DNA of 64,000 nt from Candidatus Latescibacterota bacterium. GTDB lineage: Bacteria; Latescibacterota; UBA2968; GCA-2709665. The position numbers were made by a program, and so were the translations under genes. Location: NCBI GenBank assembly GCA_965248435.1, contig OZ252100.1, positions 3,360,001 through 3,424,000 on the forward strand, in the 5' to 3' direction. Below the pieces are notes generated by a model, which did no database searches, had not been told where the DNA came from, and saw only the letters and a list, made by a program, of their open reading frames with translations. Positions 48,268-57,492 of this stretch are shown piece after piece; positions within the stretch are counted from its first letter, which is position 1, and the number at the start of each line of letters is the position of its first letter.

Positions 48268-49434
48268 TTGTCCGTGGATTGTAAAACAGGGGACCCCGTG
48301 GAACTATCAACTGATCCTGTCGGGACGAGCGAACCGGTCAACACCCGTATTCTGGCGGTGTCGGAAGACAGAATTCAGGGATTTCAACGGGATCCGCTGG
48401 GCCAGATCTCAAAAGAATCCGGCGTGGAGCTGCCGCTGGTCGTTGAGCGGATTCGGGCTATGCTCGGGGGGGGGACGATTCGCCGAGTGCGGCAGACGTT
48501 GATGTCGACGAACCTGGCTCACGGGGCCCTTGTCGCCTGGCGTGTGTCCAAAGAGCGGCTACAGGAAACGTTTGACCGGATGTTTCGAGAGGATCCTTTC
48601 TCCGGGCACGTGGTGATTCGATCGACGGACAGTGAAACGACAGGCTCGGCCTACCGGCTCTGGACGACGCTCAAGGTTCCTCAGGGGTATTCTCTTGAGA
48701 AGCATTGCGAACACCTCAAGCGCTGGACCGGCGCCGAGCAGTTCTGTGCGATGCCCGCCAAGTGTATTTTTGCCCTCGGCGTCGGGCACGTCCGTCGCCG
48801 GGGAATGCAGGTTGGAAGCAAGACCGAGGCCCTGGGGGATGTGAAGTTCCCCGGGCTCGTGAAGCTGAGTGAGCTTGAATGGCGTGTCCTGATGGCCATC
48901 AAGTCGGAGTTCTCGTCAGAAGAGATCGGAAGTGAGATCTGGGAGGGGCGTGCCAAACAGGCCGACCTGCCTGTTGAACGTTTCTATGAGGTCGCGGAGG
49001 AACTGGACAGGAAGGGCGTCATCGGTCGGTTTTCCACCTTTCTCGAGCACGTTAAACCGCTCGAGAGCGGAGAACGGGTCACCCGCTACAACGGCCTCTT
49101 TCACTGGGCGGTTCCACAGGGTCGGGAGGTTGAGGCCGGACGCGAAGTGGGCAGGCATCACGTTCTGACGCACTGCTATTGGCGAGAAGGCGGGCCCGAG
49201 TTCGGCAACGTGAACCTGATGGCCGTTGCACACGGGATGGAGCGCGATCTGGTTTACGAGCACAAGGCCGCGATCGATCAACACCTGGATGACGTGGGGA
49301 TTCCGGTGAGCTACACGAACGTCTTTTGGGGGGGACGGAGTGAGATCAAGCCGTCAGAGATCTCCCCGATCGCGTATCAAAGCTGGTGCGTGGAGATGGG
49401 CATCGATCCCGAAGATATGAGGGAAGGTTCGTAG
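48268..49434 (+). CDS. Fused AhbAB/NirDL-like (siroheme decarboxylase / Lrp-AsnC fold) protein
   Basis: Two HTH + ferredoxin-like halves; GHVVIR and THCYWR..NLMAVAHG motifs. Confidence 0.72.
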   Translation: MSVDCKTGDPVELSTDPVGTSEPVNTRILAVSEDRIQGFQRDPLGQISKESGVELPLVVERIRAMLGGGTIRRVRQTLMSTNLAHGALVAWRVSKERLQETFDRMFREDPFSGHVVIRSTDSETTGSAYRLWTTLKVPQGYSLEKHCEHLKRWTGAEQFCAMPAKCIFALGVGHVRRRGMQVGSKTEALGDVKFPGLVKLSELEWRVLMAIKSEFSSEEIGSEIWEGRAKQADLPVERFYEVAEELDRKGVIGRFSTFLEHVKPLESGERVTRYNGLFHWAVPQGREVEAGREVGRHHVLTHCYWREGGPEFGNVNLMAVAHGMERDLVYEHKAAIDQHLDDVGIPVSYTNVFWGGRSEIKPSEISPIAYQSWCVEMGIDPEDMREGS

Positions 49435-49464
49435 GGGCCTGGAGAAGAGGTCGAGGAAGTGAAC

Positions 49465-49494
49465 AGGGGCTCGCCGCAGGCGGGCCCTTTTTTT
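49465..49494 (+). terminator. Intrinsic terminator
   Basis: GGGCTCGCC-GCA-GGCGGGCCC then T7. Confidence 0.85.
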
Positions 49495-49686
49495 ATGTCG
49501 TCGAATTTCGGAAAACCCCGGGGGAGGAGAAACGACGCTGGTTGCCAGAGAGTCGCACACTGCGGCCCTGTTGGTTTTGAGCGATGCATTTCTCGCGATT
49601 CAGGGACGCCATTAACCATTGCTTTAACCGCAACGTTTCGGTGAAGAACCAAAGAAGAAGCGTGCTGCTTTTCCCTTTCGAGAGGA

Positions 49687-50562
49687 TCATGCCCGTTTTG
49701 CGACCATCAAAATCGTGTCGTATAGATTTACGTCTAATGCCTTCTTGATGAAAAGAGATGCGAAGTAGAGGCATCCGTGAGCGATTTTCGAGATTCCTGC
49801 TGCGGAATAGTAGGGATCCAAGGTATCCTCTACTACGGTGAAGTTTTCGTTCGACAGCCATCTTTTGAGGCTTGAAACGGTAAAATGCGACAGGTGTATT
49901 TCTCTCAAGGTGCCGTCCAGCGTCAATCTTGGAAGCCCGAATGTTCCGTAGTTTTTGAATTTTCCGATTTTCAAGATTGAAAGCGTCCGTCTAACCGGAC
50001 GTTTTATGAAGGAATGGATTTCATTCGGGACTGCAATAATGAGAACGCCGTTCGGGGTCAACAAGCTGTAGCATTTTTTGATGACGAGAGAGGGGTTCGG
50101 TACGTGCTCCAATACGTGGAACAAGGTTATCACGTCGAACCTGCGGTCACCAAAGTCGATATCCTCTACCTGGCCTTTTTCCAGGTCCAGGTCGTATTTT
50201 TCCTTCGCTATGTTTATCGCGCTTTCCGAGACCTCAGTTCCTTCCACCTGAAAATGATCTCTCGCGAAATGCAGAAACTGTCCTATTCCTGTGCCGATGT
50301 CCAGAAGCGCGCCGGTGCTCTTGAACCGCTTCACCATCCTTGTCCGTCTCAGCCAGAGGGCGTCGCGCCCCCTTTCTTCCCTAAGCCACGAATCGTATTG
50401 GCTTTCTCGTGAGTAAAACTCTTCGATTTCACCGAAGGTAGGTCTTGGATTGTCGAATATGCATCCGCAACCGTGGCATTTAAACAGATTGTGACGGACG
50501 TCTACGGCAAATATTTTCGCACTATTGCACAGGCTGCACTTGTCCAGGAATTCCAATTTCAA
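49687..50562 (-). CDS. Class I SAM-dependent methyltransferase with N-terminal CxxC pairs
   Basis: CSLC..CHGC, LDIGTGIG, FDVITLFHVLEH. Confidence 0.88.
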   Translation of the reverse strand: MKLEFLDKCSLCNSAKIFAVDVRHNLFKCHGCGCIFDNPRPTFGEIEEFYSRESQYDSWLREERGRDALWLRRTRMVKRFKSTGALLDIGTGIGQFLHFARDHFQVEGTEVSESAINIAKEKYDLDLEKGQVEDIDFGDRRFDVITLFHVLEHVPNPSLVIKKCYSLLTPNGVLIIAVPNEIHSFIKRPVRRTLSILKIGKFKNYGTFGLPRLTLDGTLREIHLSHFTVSSLKRWLSNENFTVVEDTLDPYYSAAGISKIAHGCLYFASLFIKKALDVNLYDTILMVAKRA

Positions 50563-50616
50563 AGACGGTGTTCCTCGTGGGATTCGGGATGATGCCAGCG
50601 AATAAGCGGGGCTGAG

Positions 50617-51891
50617 CTATCGCACAGGTTCGAGGATTTCCCTCGAGCCCACGTAGGGGCGCAGCGCTTTTGGAATGACCACACTTCCGTCTTCCCGCTG
50701 ATGGACCTCAAGGAGCGGAATGAGGATTCGAGGTGATGCGACGACGGTGTTGTTCAGCGTGTGAGCGAAACGCAGCTTTCCTTCCGAGTCGCGGTAGCGG
50801 ATGTTCAAGCGGCGGGCCTGGAAGTCCTGGAAGCTGGAACAGGAGTGTGTTTCACTATAGCCATCCCTGCTCGGCATCCAGCACTCTATGTCGTGCATAC
50901 GATATTTTCCGAGGCCCATCTCCCCCGTGCAGACCTCCACGACTCGGTGGGGAAGCTCCAGCTTGCGAGTGACTTCCTCGGCGTTCTTCAACAGGGTCGC
51001 GTGCATCTCCTCCGAGGCCTCGGGGTTATTCTCACAGATGACCACTTGCTCGACCTTGTCGAACTGGTGAATCCTGTAGACACCACGGGTATCTTTCCCG
51101 TACGTGCCGGCTTCTCTGCGGTAGCACGGACAGTTGCTGACGAACCTGGCAGGGAGGTCCTCAAAGCTCAAGATTTCGTCGGCATAGTATGAGGTGAGGG
51201 AGACCTCCGCAGTACCCACAAGAAAGAGTTCATCCTTTTCCATTTCATAGGCTTGATCCCGCCCCTGCGGGAAATAGGTCGTCCCGACCATAAAAGGCTC
51301 TCTGACCATGACCGGCACAGTGAGGGGGACGAACCCCTGATCCAGCATGTGATCCATGGCGAGTCTCAGGATGGCCCAATGTAACAGGGCGCCTTCTTTC
51401 TTGAGGATGTAGCTTCTGGATCCGGCCAGTTTTACACCTCGTTCGATGTCGAGGATGTCCAGGCCTTCAGCCAAATCGATGTGATCTTTGGGCGTAAAGT
51501 CGAAGTCGGGCGGATCGCCCCATCGACGCACTTCGACGTTGTCCTCGTCGGACTCCCCCTCGGGTACGTCTTCGGCGGGAGGCAGGGGGCAGTAGAGCAT
51601 TAGGTCGTTGATCTCTGCTTCAAGCTGACCGTATTCAGGCTCCAGTTCCTTGAGGGTCTGGACGACCGTCTGCATGCTCACGATCGCGCGACCTTTCTCA
51701 TCACCCTTGAGCGTCGCGATCTCTTTTGACCCTTGGTTTCGCTTCGCGCGCAGGTCATCGATTTCTACACGGAGCTTTCGCAGCCGCGCATCTTTTTCCA
51801 GGAACGCATCCAGGTCAAACTCCAGGCGTTTCTTGCGAGCCGATTCCCGAATCATTTCGGGGTTTTCCCTGATCAGTCGAATATCAACCAT
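50617..51891 (-). CDS. serS: Serine-tRNA ligase
   Basis: GTAEV, CYRREAG, HQFDKVEQ, QARRLNIRY, HTLNNT. Confidence 0.97.
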   Translation of the reverse strand: MVDIRLIRENPEMIRESARKKRLEFDLDAFLEKDARLRKLRVEIDDLRAKRNQGSKEIATLKGDEKGRAIVSMQTVVQTLKELEPEYGQLEAEINDLMLYCPLPPAEDVPEGESDEDNVEVRRWGDPPDFDFTPKDHIDLAEGLDILDIERGVKLAGSRSYILKKEGALLHWAILRLAMDHMLDQGFVPLTVPVMVREPFMVGTTYFPQGRDQAYEMEKDELFLVGTAEVSLTSYYADEILSFEDLPARFVSNCPCYRREAGTYGKDTRGVYRIHQFDKVEQVVICENNPEASEEMHATLLKNAEEVTRKLELPHRVVEVCTGEMGLGKYRMHDIECWMPSRDGYSETHSCSSFQDFQARRLNIRYRDSEGKLRFAHTLNNTVVASPRILIPLLEVHQREDGSVVIPKALRPYVGSREILEPVR

Positions 51892-51912
51892 CTGCCGGGT
51901 TGGACTCCTTCC

Positions 51913-52482
51913 TCAACGAAACGGGACAGGCTCCTCTCGCCCGAGGATTCTGAGAAAGGCCGCAATCTTAACGGCCTTTTCCCGATTCAGCTGTCCAAGC
52001 ACTTCTGCAAGTTGATCATCGTCAAGTTCAAGCAGTAGCGCTGCGGCCTCCCCTGGTTCGCGTTCCTTACAGACTGTGACATACTGGCTCAGAATGTTCT
52101 CCTGGCTGGCCAACTCTTTATTCAAATCCCGTTGTGTCTCCGCTTTGTGTAGATCCAGCGCACGTAACTCCTGCTGCAGTGCTTTGAGAAGGCGTCTGCC
52201 CGCGACCGGTGCGGGCCGGGGTGGCGGAGGAACTGCGTTCACCTTCGGGGGCGCCTCGGCCGGCACCAGGACCGAATCTGCTGAGATTTGGACAGGCGAG
52301 GAGGAGATGACCGAGTCCTGACGGCCCGGATCGACGAGATGTGCCGACCTTTTCTCGGCCTCTACGGACTTTCGAGCCGATGTCTGGGGTCCGGGGTGGT
52401 AAAGGACGATCATGATGGCCAGAACGATCGCAAAGGAACCGAACATGGTGGCGATTAGCAGCGATGCGTGATTTCGACGCAT
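51913..52482 (-). CDS. Membrane-anchored MotE/FlbB-like protein
   Basis: TM helix, Pro-rich linker, coiled coil, C-terminal PGEAAALLLELDD..AEVL..L..EKAVKI. Confidence 0.6.
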   Translation of the reverse strand: MRRNHASLLIATMFGSFAIVLAIMIVLYHPGPQTSARKSVEAEKRSAHLVDPGRQDSVISSSPVQISADSVLVPAEAPPKVNAVPPPPRPAPVAGRRLLKALQQELRALDLHKAETQRDLNKELASQENILSQYVTVCKEREPGEAAALLLELDDDQLAEVLGQLNREKAVKIAAFLRILGREEPVPFR

Positions 52483-52744
52483 GTTGAAATGGCTCTATGC
52501 TACAGCCTTTTATAGAGATAGTAGATGAGTCCCAGTTCGGCTGCCATGAGGGATGCGATGAGCAGGACGAGGGTGGGGCTCATGTGGACGCCCCCGCCTG
52601 GCAGATTTTACCATTTGATGGCTCCATTTGACCAGATTTTATCGATTTCATCAGAACGGTTCGAATGTCCAGGAAGGTGTGAGGTAACCTTAAGTAGTAT
52701 ATTAATAGGTTGATATGGAACGCTGTCCTGCATTGTTGGAATGC

Positions 52745-52760
52745 TGGCATACTAATTGCT
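52745..52760 (+). promoter_or_regulatory. Sigma-54 promoter
   Basis: TGGCAT-ACTAA-TTGCT (GG-N10-GC), AT-rich tract upstream. Confidence 0.7.
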
Positions 52761-52817
52761 ATTAAGAATAGGCGTAAGGTAGCTTAAACAAACCGCCCCA
52801 ACAGCGAGGACATTCTC

Positions 52818-52991
52818 ATGATTCCACCGACCGATGTTGAAAGGCGAAACCGATTGGCCTACATGGCCCTTTATTGTGCGATTCAAGGGGATGAGGTCCA
52901 GTCGGAGCAGATGCGGCACATGGTTCGGTTGTTTGACGAGAATACCGAAGTCAACCAGATGCCAGCAGTTGCTGAGCTGGTTTCGGTATAG
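52818..52991 (+). CDS. Small hypothetical protein (57 aa), absent from the ORF track
   Basis: GAGGA-7 nt-ATG; MIPPTDVERRNRLAYMALYCAIQGDEVQSEQMRHMVRLFDENTEVNQMPAVAELVSV; ends 16 nt before the convergent gene. Confidence 0.55.
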   Translation: MIPPTDVERRNRLAYMALYCAIQGDEVQSEQMRHMVRLFDENTEVNQMPAVAELVSV

Positions 52992-53007
52992 CCGCTCCGT
53001 TCCGAGC

Positions 53008-54105
53008 CTACGTGTCACGAAGTAAATCTGCGATCCACTCTATCTGATCTTCCTTCAGTTCGGCGTAGAGCGGCAGGGAAAGAATCTGCGCTACTTGTGA
53101 CTCTGCAACCGGAAGATCTCCCTTCCTGTATCCGAGATGCCTGTAGGCTGTGTGGAGGTGAAGCGGGATCGGGTAGTGGACCTTGGCATCGACGCCCGCC
53201 TTCCTCAAGCGCTGCATCGCAGTGTCCCGGTTCTTGATCCGAACCACATAGTAGGTATAGACGTGGCGGGCGTAAGCGGCCTCGAATGGCGCCTGGACGT
53301 CACTTGCGTCAAATAACGAATTGTATCGCCCCGCGAGCTGTCTCCGCTTTTCGATCCACGCCTCAAGGTGTCGCAGTTTGACGCTCAGGACTGCGGCCTG
53401 AATCCCGTCAAGCCGGTAATTGAATCCCGGCATCTGCTGTTCCCGATTGTCCTCCGTACCGTGATCGCTCAGTATCTTCATTCGCTTCGCGAAATCCGGA
53501 TCTGTAGTGACCACGATCCCCGCATCCCCGTAGGCACCAAGTATTTTTCCAGGATAGAAACTGTAGGTTGCCGCGGTCCCAAAGTGGCCTGCGCGCTTTT
53601 TTTTGTATTCAGCGCCGTGTGCCTGGGCCGCATCTTCAACCACGGGCAGGTCGTGTTCTCGAGCGATTTCGAGGATCGGGTCCATGTCTGCCATGTGCCC
53701 GTAGAGGTGTACAGGCACGATCGCACGTGTCTTCTTTGTGACTGCCGCCCTCACCTTCGATTCATCCAGGTTGTAGGTATCCTCCTCTACATCGACAAAG
53801 ACGGGCCGTGCCCCTGTTTGCGCGATCGTTTCGGCGGTGGCCATGAAGGTGTTGGGCGCGGTGATGACTTCGTCGCCGGGACCGATACTCAGCGCCGCGA
53901 AAGCCAGGTGTAATGCGGTCGTGCCAGAGCTTGCACCCACAGCGTGCGGAAGGCCGCAGTAATCTGCAAAGGCCTCCTCGAATGCGAGCACACGGGGACC
54001 GCGCACAAAACTGTTCTCCCGGATCACATCCTGAATCGCCTGGTTGATCTCGTGCTGGATGGTCTGGTATTGCGCCGTAAGGTCTACGAGCGGAATTTGA
54101 TCCAT
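53008..54105 (-). CDS. DegT/DnrJ/EryC1/StrS aminotransferase
   Basis: SSGTTAL, PVHLYG, EDAAQAHG, SFYPGK. Confidence 0.95.
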   Translation of the reverse strand: MDQIPLVDLTAQYQTIQHEINQAIQDVIRENSFVRGPRVLAFEEAFADYCGLPHAVGASSGTTALHLAFAALSIGPGDEVITAPNTFMATAETIAQTGARPVFVDVEEDTYNLDESKVRAAVTKKTRAIVPVHLYGHMADMDPILEIAREHDLPVVEDAAQAHGAEYKKKRAGHFGTAATYSFYPGKILGAYGDAGIVVTTDPDFAKRMKILSDHGTEDNREQQMPGFNYRLDGIQAAVLSVKLRHLEAWIEKRRQLAGRYNSLFDASDVQAPFEAAYARHVYTYYVVRIKNRDTAMQRLRKAGVDAKVHYPIPLHLHTAYRHLGYRKGDLPVAESQVAQILSLPLYAELKEDQIEWIADLLRDT

Positions 54106-54135
54106 GCGTGCTCGCTCCTCAGGATGCGACCTGGG

Positions 54136-55323
54136 TCAGGTACACGATCTATACTCCTCGACCAACAGGTCTGTGATCCTATCCCAACCGAAGAAATCCT
54201 GAGAGAACCGATAGCCCTCCTCTCCCAATCGTTTCGCTAAACTGTCGTTTGTCAGCACGCGGACGATTGCGTCTGCGAGTGCTTCCGGATCTTTTTGAGG
54301 AACCAGCAGTCCGGTCTCACCATCCTTTATCACATCCGGAATTCCTCCCACGTTCGACCCGATGATCGGCTTTTTGTATGACATCGCCTCTAGAAAGACG
54401 ACCCCGAGCATCTCTGTGTCGCCCCGTGAGTCGACGATCGCCGGAAGCACGAAGACATCGCACTCCTGGTAGCGTTGCGGCAGCTCGTCTGAGGGCACGC
54501 CTCTTTCCATGGTGACGAAGTCGGAAACGCCGGCCTGTTGGATTGCCTCCTTCACGATTTCTTCGCGGTCTCCGCTGCTGTAGACGATCCTCAAATGGGC
54601 ATCGATCCCGCGCGAGCGGACAAGGGGAAGCGCGTTCACGAGGACCTCAGGCCCCTTTCTCTCGATGAGACGGGCAACGAACAGAATCTGTTTCCTGCGG
54701 GAGGGCTGCTTAGGGACCTGGCCGTCGGTCTCGATTTTGAAGGATGAACCGAAAGGGATGATGTTGATGTTGCGGTCGTGGATCGCCTTGGCCTTGGAGG
54801 CCGGAAATGTGGTGATCGCGTCGACGACGTCCGCTTTTTTCATGAAGAATCGAATGAAGGCCCTCGCGGGCGCGAAGCGCTCTGCCAGCATCAGTTCCGC
54901 GCCGTAGAACCGGAGTCCGAACCCGGCCCTTTGCAGTCGGGACCCAACCCAGGCGAACAGGGCGTGAGGAAAAGGCCAGTGGGCCTGAAACAAATCGTAG
55001 CGCCTCGTCGCGCAGAGCCGAATCATGGCCAATGTCCCGAACAGAATGTAGAAAACGGCGAGGAGGGCGTAAAGGGGAGAGCGTCTAATTTTGTTCGGTG
55101 CCCCCTCCTGGTGAGTGAGGATCTCCCATCGCCGGAAGAAGTATCGAAATCTGTGAACCTGAGCCCCCGAGATGGTGTGTGACTTGATCCCCTGGTAGGA
55201 GGGCGCAAAGATTTCCACGACGACCCCGCGTTTGCGAAGGCGCTTGACCGATTCGAGAAGCCAGGGTACTTCCGAATCGCCGTCGAATCGAGGAAACGTT
55301 GAAACCGCGTAACAGACTCTCAT
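54136..55323 (-). CDS. Glycosyltransferase family 4
   Basis: RLIERKG, EMLGVVFLEAM, GGIPDVI. Confidence 0.92.
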   Translation of the reverse strand: MRVCYAVSTFPRFDGDSEVPWLLESVKRLRKRGVVVEIFAPSYQGIKSHTISGAQVHRFRYFFRRWEILTHQEGAPNKIRRSPLYALLAVFYILFGTLAMIRLCATRRYDLFQAHWPFPHALFAWVGSRLQRAGFGLRFYGAELMLAERFAPARAFIRFFMKKADVVDAITTFPASKAKAIHDRNINIIPFGSSFKIETDGQVPKQPSRRKQILFVARLIERKGPEVLVNALPLVRSRGIDAHLRIVYSSGDREEIVKEAIQQAGVSDFVTMERGVPSDELPQRYQECDVFVLPAIVDSRGDTEMLGVVFLEAMSYKKPIIGSNVGGIPDVIKDGETGLLVPQKDPEALADAIVRVLTNDSLAKRLGEEGYRFSQDFFGWDRITDLLVEEYRSCT

Positions 55324-55375
55324 CTGGAGGCTTCGATTGAGGTGGCGCCACCTGGATGGAACGGAAGAAGGGGAG

Positions 55376-56308
55376 TCAGGACAGGATTCTTTTGACGTTG
55401 AAGTTTTCGTGTGCCTTCGAACTCTTTGCGATCATGTCGGCGATCAAACCGGTACAAACGAACTGGACCCCCAGGACGGTGAGCAGTACACCCAGAAAGA
55501 GGAGCGGGTAGCGGTGCTGGACATTTCCGAGGCGGATCCAGAGTGATGCGATGTACGCATTAATGATCGATCCGAAAGTAGCCAAGATGACGCCCACCAT
55601 ACCGAAGAGGTGAAGCGGGCGTCCCATGTAGCGTCCGAGGTACATCACCGTAAGCAGGTCAAGGAAGCCTTTCAAGAGCCGAGTCCATCCGTACTTGGTG
55701 ACTCCGAATTTGCGGCGATGATGCTGAACTTCGAGTTCGGCGATGCGATATCCCTCCAAATGGGCCAGCACCGGAATATACCGGTGGAGCTCTCCATAGA
55801 TCTTTATGTCTTTGACGACCTCAGCCCGGTAGGCCTTCAAGCCGCAGTTGAAATCGTGGATGGGAATCCCGTAGAGGATTCCCGTCACCCAATTGAAGAA
55901 CCGGGAAGGAATGACTTTTCGGAGGGGATCCAGTCGTTTCTTTTTCCAGCCCGACACGAGATCATAACCCTCTTCGATTTTTGCGATTAATGAGGGGATC
56001 TCTGCAGGTTCGTCCTGCAGGTCAGCATCCATCGTGATCACGTATTTTCCGGCTGCGCGCTCGAAAGCCGCCGCGTAGGCCGCGGCTTTGCCGAAGTTGC
56101 GACGGAACTGGATCACCTTCACCTCTGAGTAGGCTTCGTGAAGTTCCTCGAGTACATCCGCAGAACCATCCCTGCTTCCGTCGTCAACGAAGATCACTTC
56201 GTAGGACCGTTCGTAGGCAGCCATGGCGGTCTGAATCTTGTCGTGGAGAGGCCGAAGGCTCTCCTTCTCGTCCAGAAGGGGAATGATAATGGTGATCTCA
56301 ACCGACAT
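55376..56308 (-). CDS. Glycosyltransferase family 2 (polyprenyl-phosphate, ArnC/DPM-like)
   Basis: VDDGSRD, RRNFGK, MDADLQD, two C-terminal TM helices. Confidence 0.92.
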   Translation of the reverse strand: MSVEITIIIPLLDEKESLRPLHDKIQTAMAAYERSYEVIFVDDGSRDGSADVLEELHEAYSEVKVIQFRRNFGKAAAYAAAFERAAGKYVITMDADLQDEPAEIPSLIAKIEEGYDLVSGWKKKRLDPLRKVIPSRFFNWVTGILYGIPIHDFNCGLKAYRAEVVKDIKIYGELHRYIPVLAHLEGYRIAELEVQHHRRKFGVTKYGWTRLLKGFLDLLTVMYLGRYMGRPLHLFGMVGVILATFGSIINAYIASLWIRLGNVQHRYPLLFLGVLLTVLGVQFVCTGLIADMIAKSSKAHENFNVKRILS

Positions 56309-56409
56309 AACGAACCCACAATTCCGTTTGAGATTTACGCATGCGATCGAATTGAAGATAGCAAACCAGGTTTGGTTTTACAAGCCCCTGAGGGCAGTGA
56401 GGCGGCGGT

Positions 56410-57411
56410 CTATCCGTCTATCTCGGCGAGGAGGCGATCGAAGGCCTCGGTGACGTGATGGACCTGGATCCAGCGCATGGCCTCGGCGTTTCGGGGGATT
56501 TCGGGTGGGGGCTGGACAACGATGCTGTGCTGCCCATTCGGATAGGGCCCCCACTGGCGACTGCACGTCGGGCCGAACAGGGCGACCATCGGGGTGCGAA
56601 CCGCCGCGCCTAGGTGCATGGGAAACGAGTCGATCGTAACCAAACAGGTGCTCCCTTTTAGCAGCTCCGCAGATTGGAGGAGGCTGAACCTCCCCGCAAG
56701 ATTCAGGGCCTCCGTCCGCATATGGCTTCTGATCGCTTCCACGTAATCTCGCTCGGAAGGACCCCCGTTGATCAGGACGTGATATCCGCGATCGGCGATG
56801 TGGTCCGCGACACTCGCCCATCGTGTTGTTGCCCAGTGTTTTGAAGGTTTGCGGGCAGTGACCCCGAGTACGACAGCAGGCGAGACGTCGTTCAAGAGAT
56901 CTCTGACAGGCGCCTGATTCTCGGCCTCGGGAAAGAGGCGAAAACAGGGCGAGGGTTGGGCCCCATCCGACCCCGGGATGAGGTCCATGTAGCAATCCAC
57001 AACGTGTTTTTCCCACGAATAGGAGACGATGTGAGACCACGCCCAGCAAGACTTCGGCGTGTTGAACCCCCATCGCTCTCGTCCACCGCAAAGACGGGCA
57101 AATGCCGCGGTCTTGAACGAAACAGGGAGTGTGAAAATTCGATCGAAACTACGAGCTCGAACCTGGCTGAGGGAAGGCAACAGGCACTTCCAGGGGCCCA
57201 TCGCGCCGTTTGCGAGCCAGGGCAGGTCACAGGCGATGATCTGATCGGCGTCAGGATTTCCTCTGAGGAGATCGGTTGACCAGGACCCCAAAAGGACACA
57301 AAGGTGAGCATCCGGAAACCTCTTGCGCGTGCCGTGGATGAACGGCGTGGAGAGCAGCACGTCTCCGAGGTGATTCGGCTGAAGGATCAGAATCTGTTCG
57401 CGAGTGGTCAA
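56410..57411 (-). CDS. Glycosyltransferase family 9 (heptosyltransferase-like)
   Basis: HLGDVLL, SKHW, DSFPMHL, ALFGPT. Confidence 0.9.
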   Translation of the reverse strand: MTTREQILILQPNHLGDVLLSTPFIHGTRKRFPDAHLCVLLGSWSTDLLRGNPDADQIIACDLPWLANGAMGPWKCLLPSLSQVRARSFDRIFTLPVSFKTAAFARLCGGRERWGFNTPKSCWAWSHIVSYSWEKHVVDCYMDLIPGSDGAQPSPCFRLFPEAENQAPVRDLLNDVSPAVVLGVTARKPSKHWATTRWASVADHIADRGYHVLINGGPSERDYVEAIRSHMRTEALNLAGRFSLLQSAELLKGSTCLVTIDSFPMHLGAAVRTPMVALFGPTCSRQWGPYPNGQHSIVVQPPPEIPRNAEAMRWIQVHHVTEAFDRLLAEIDG

Positions 57412-57492
57412 ATGAGTTGATCGCGGCCTGTCTGGAGGTGTACAGACAATCCGCTGCAGTCCTTGCCTTTGGAAAAACGTGTCTTGTAGACC

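Noticed and set aside
50617-51891. serS as part of the selenium system
   Set aside because: It is 36 kb away and looks like the ordinary housekeeping enzyme.
52752-53025. Track ORFs 52752..53018 (-) and 52834..53025 (+)
   Set aside because: Both overlap the aminotransferase end and lack clear RBSs; the 52818..52991 ORF fits better.
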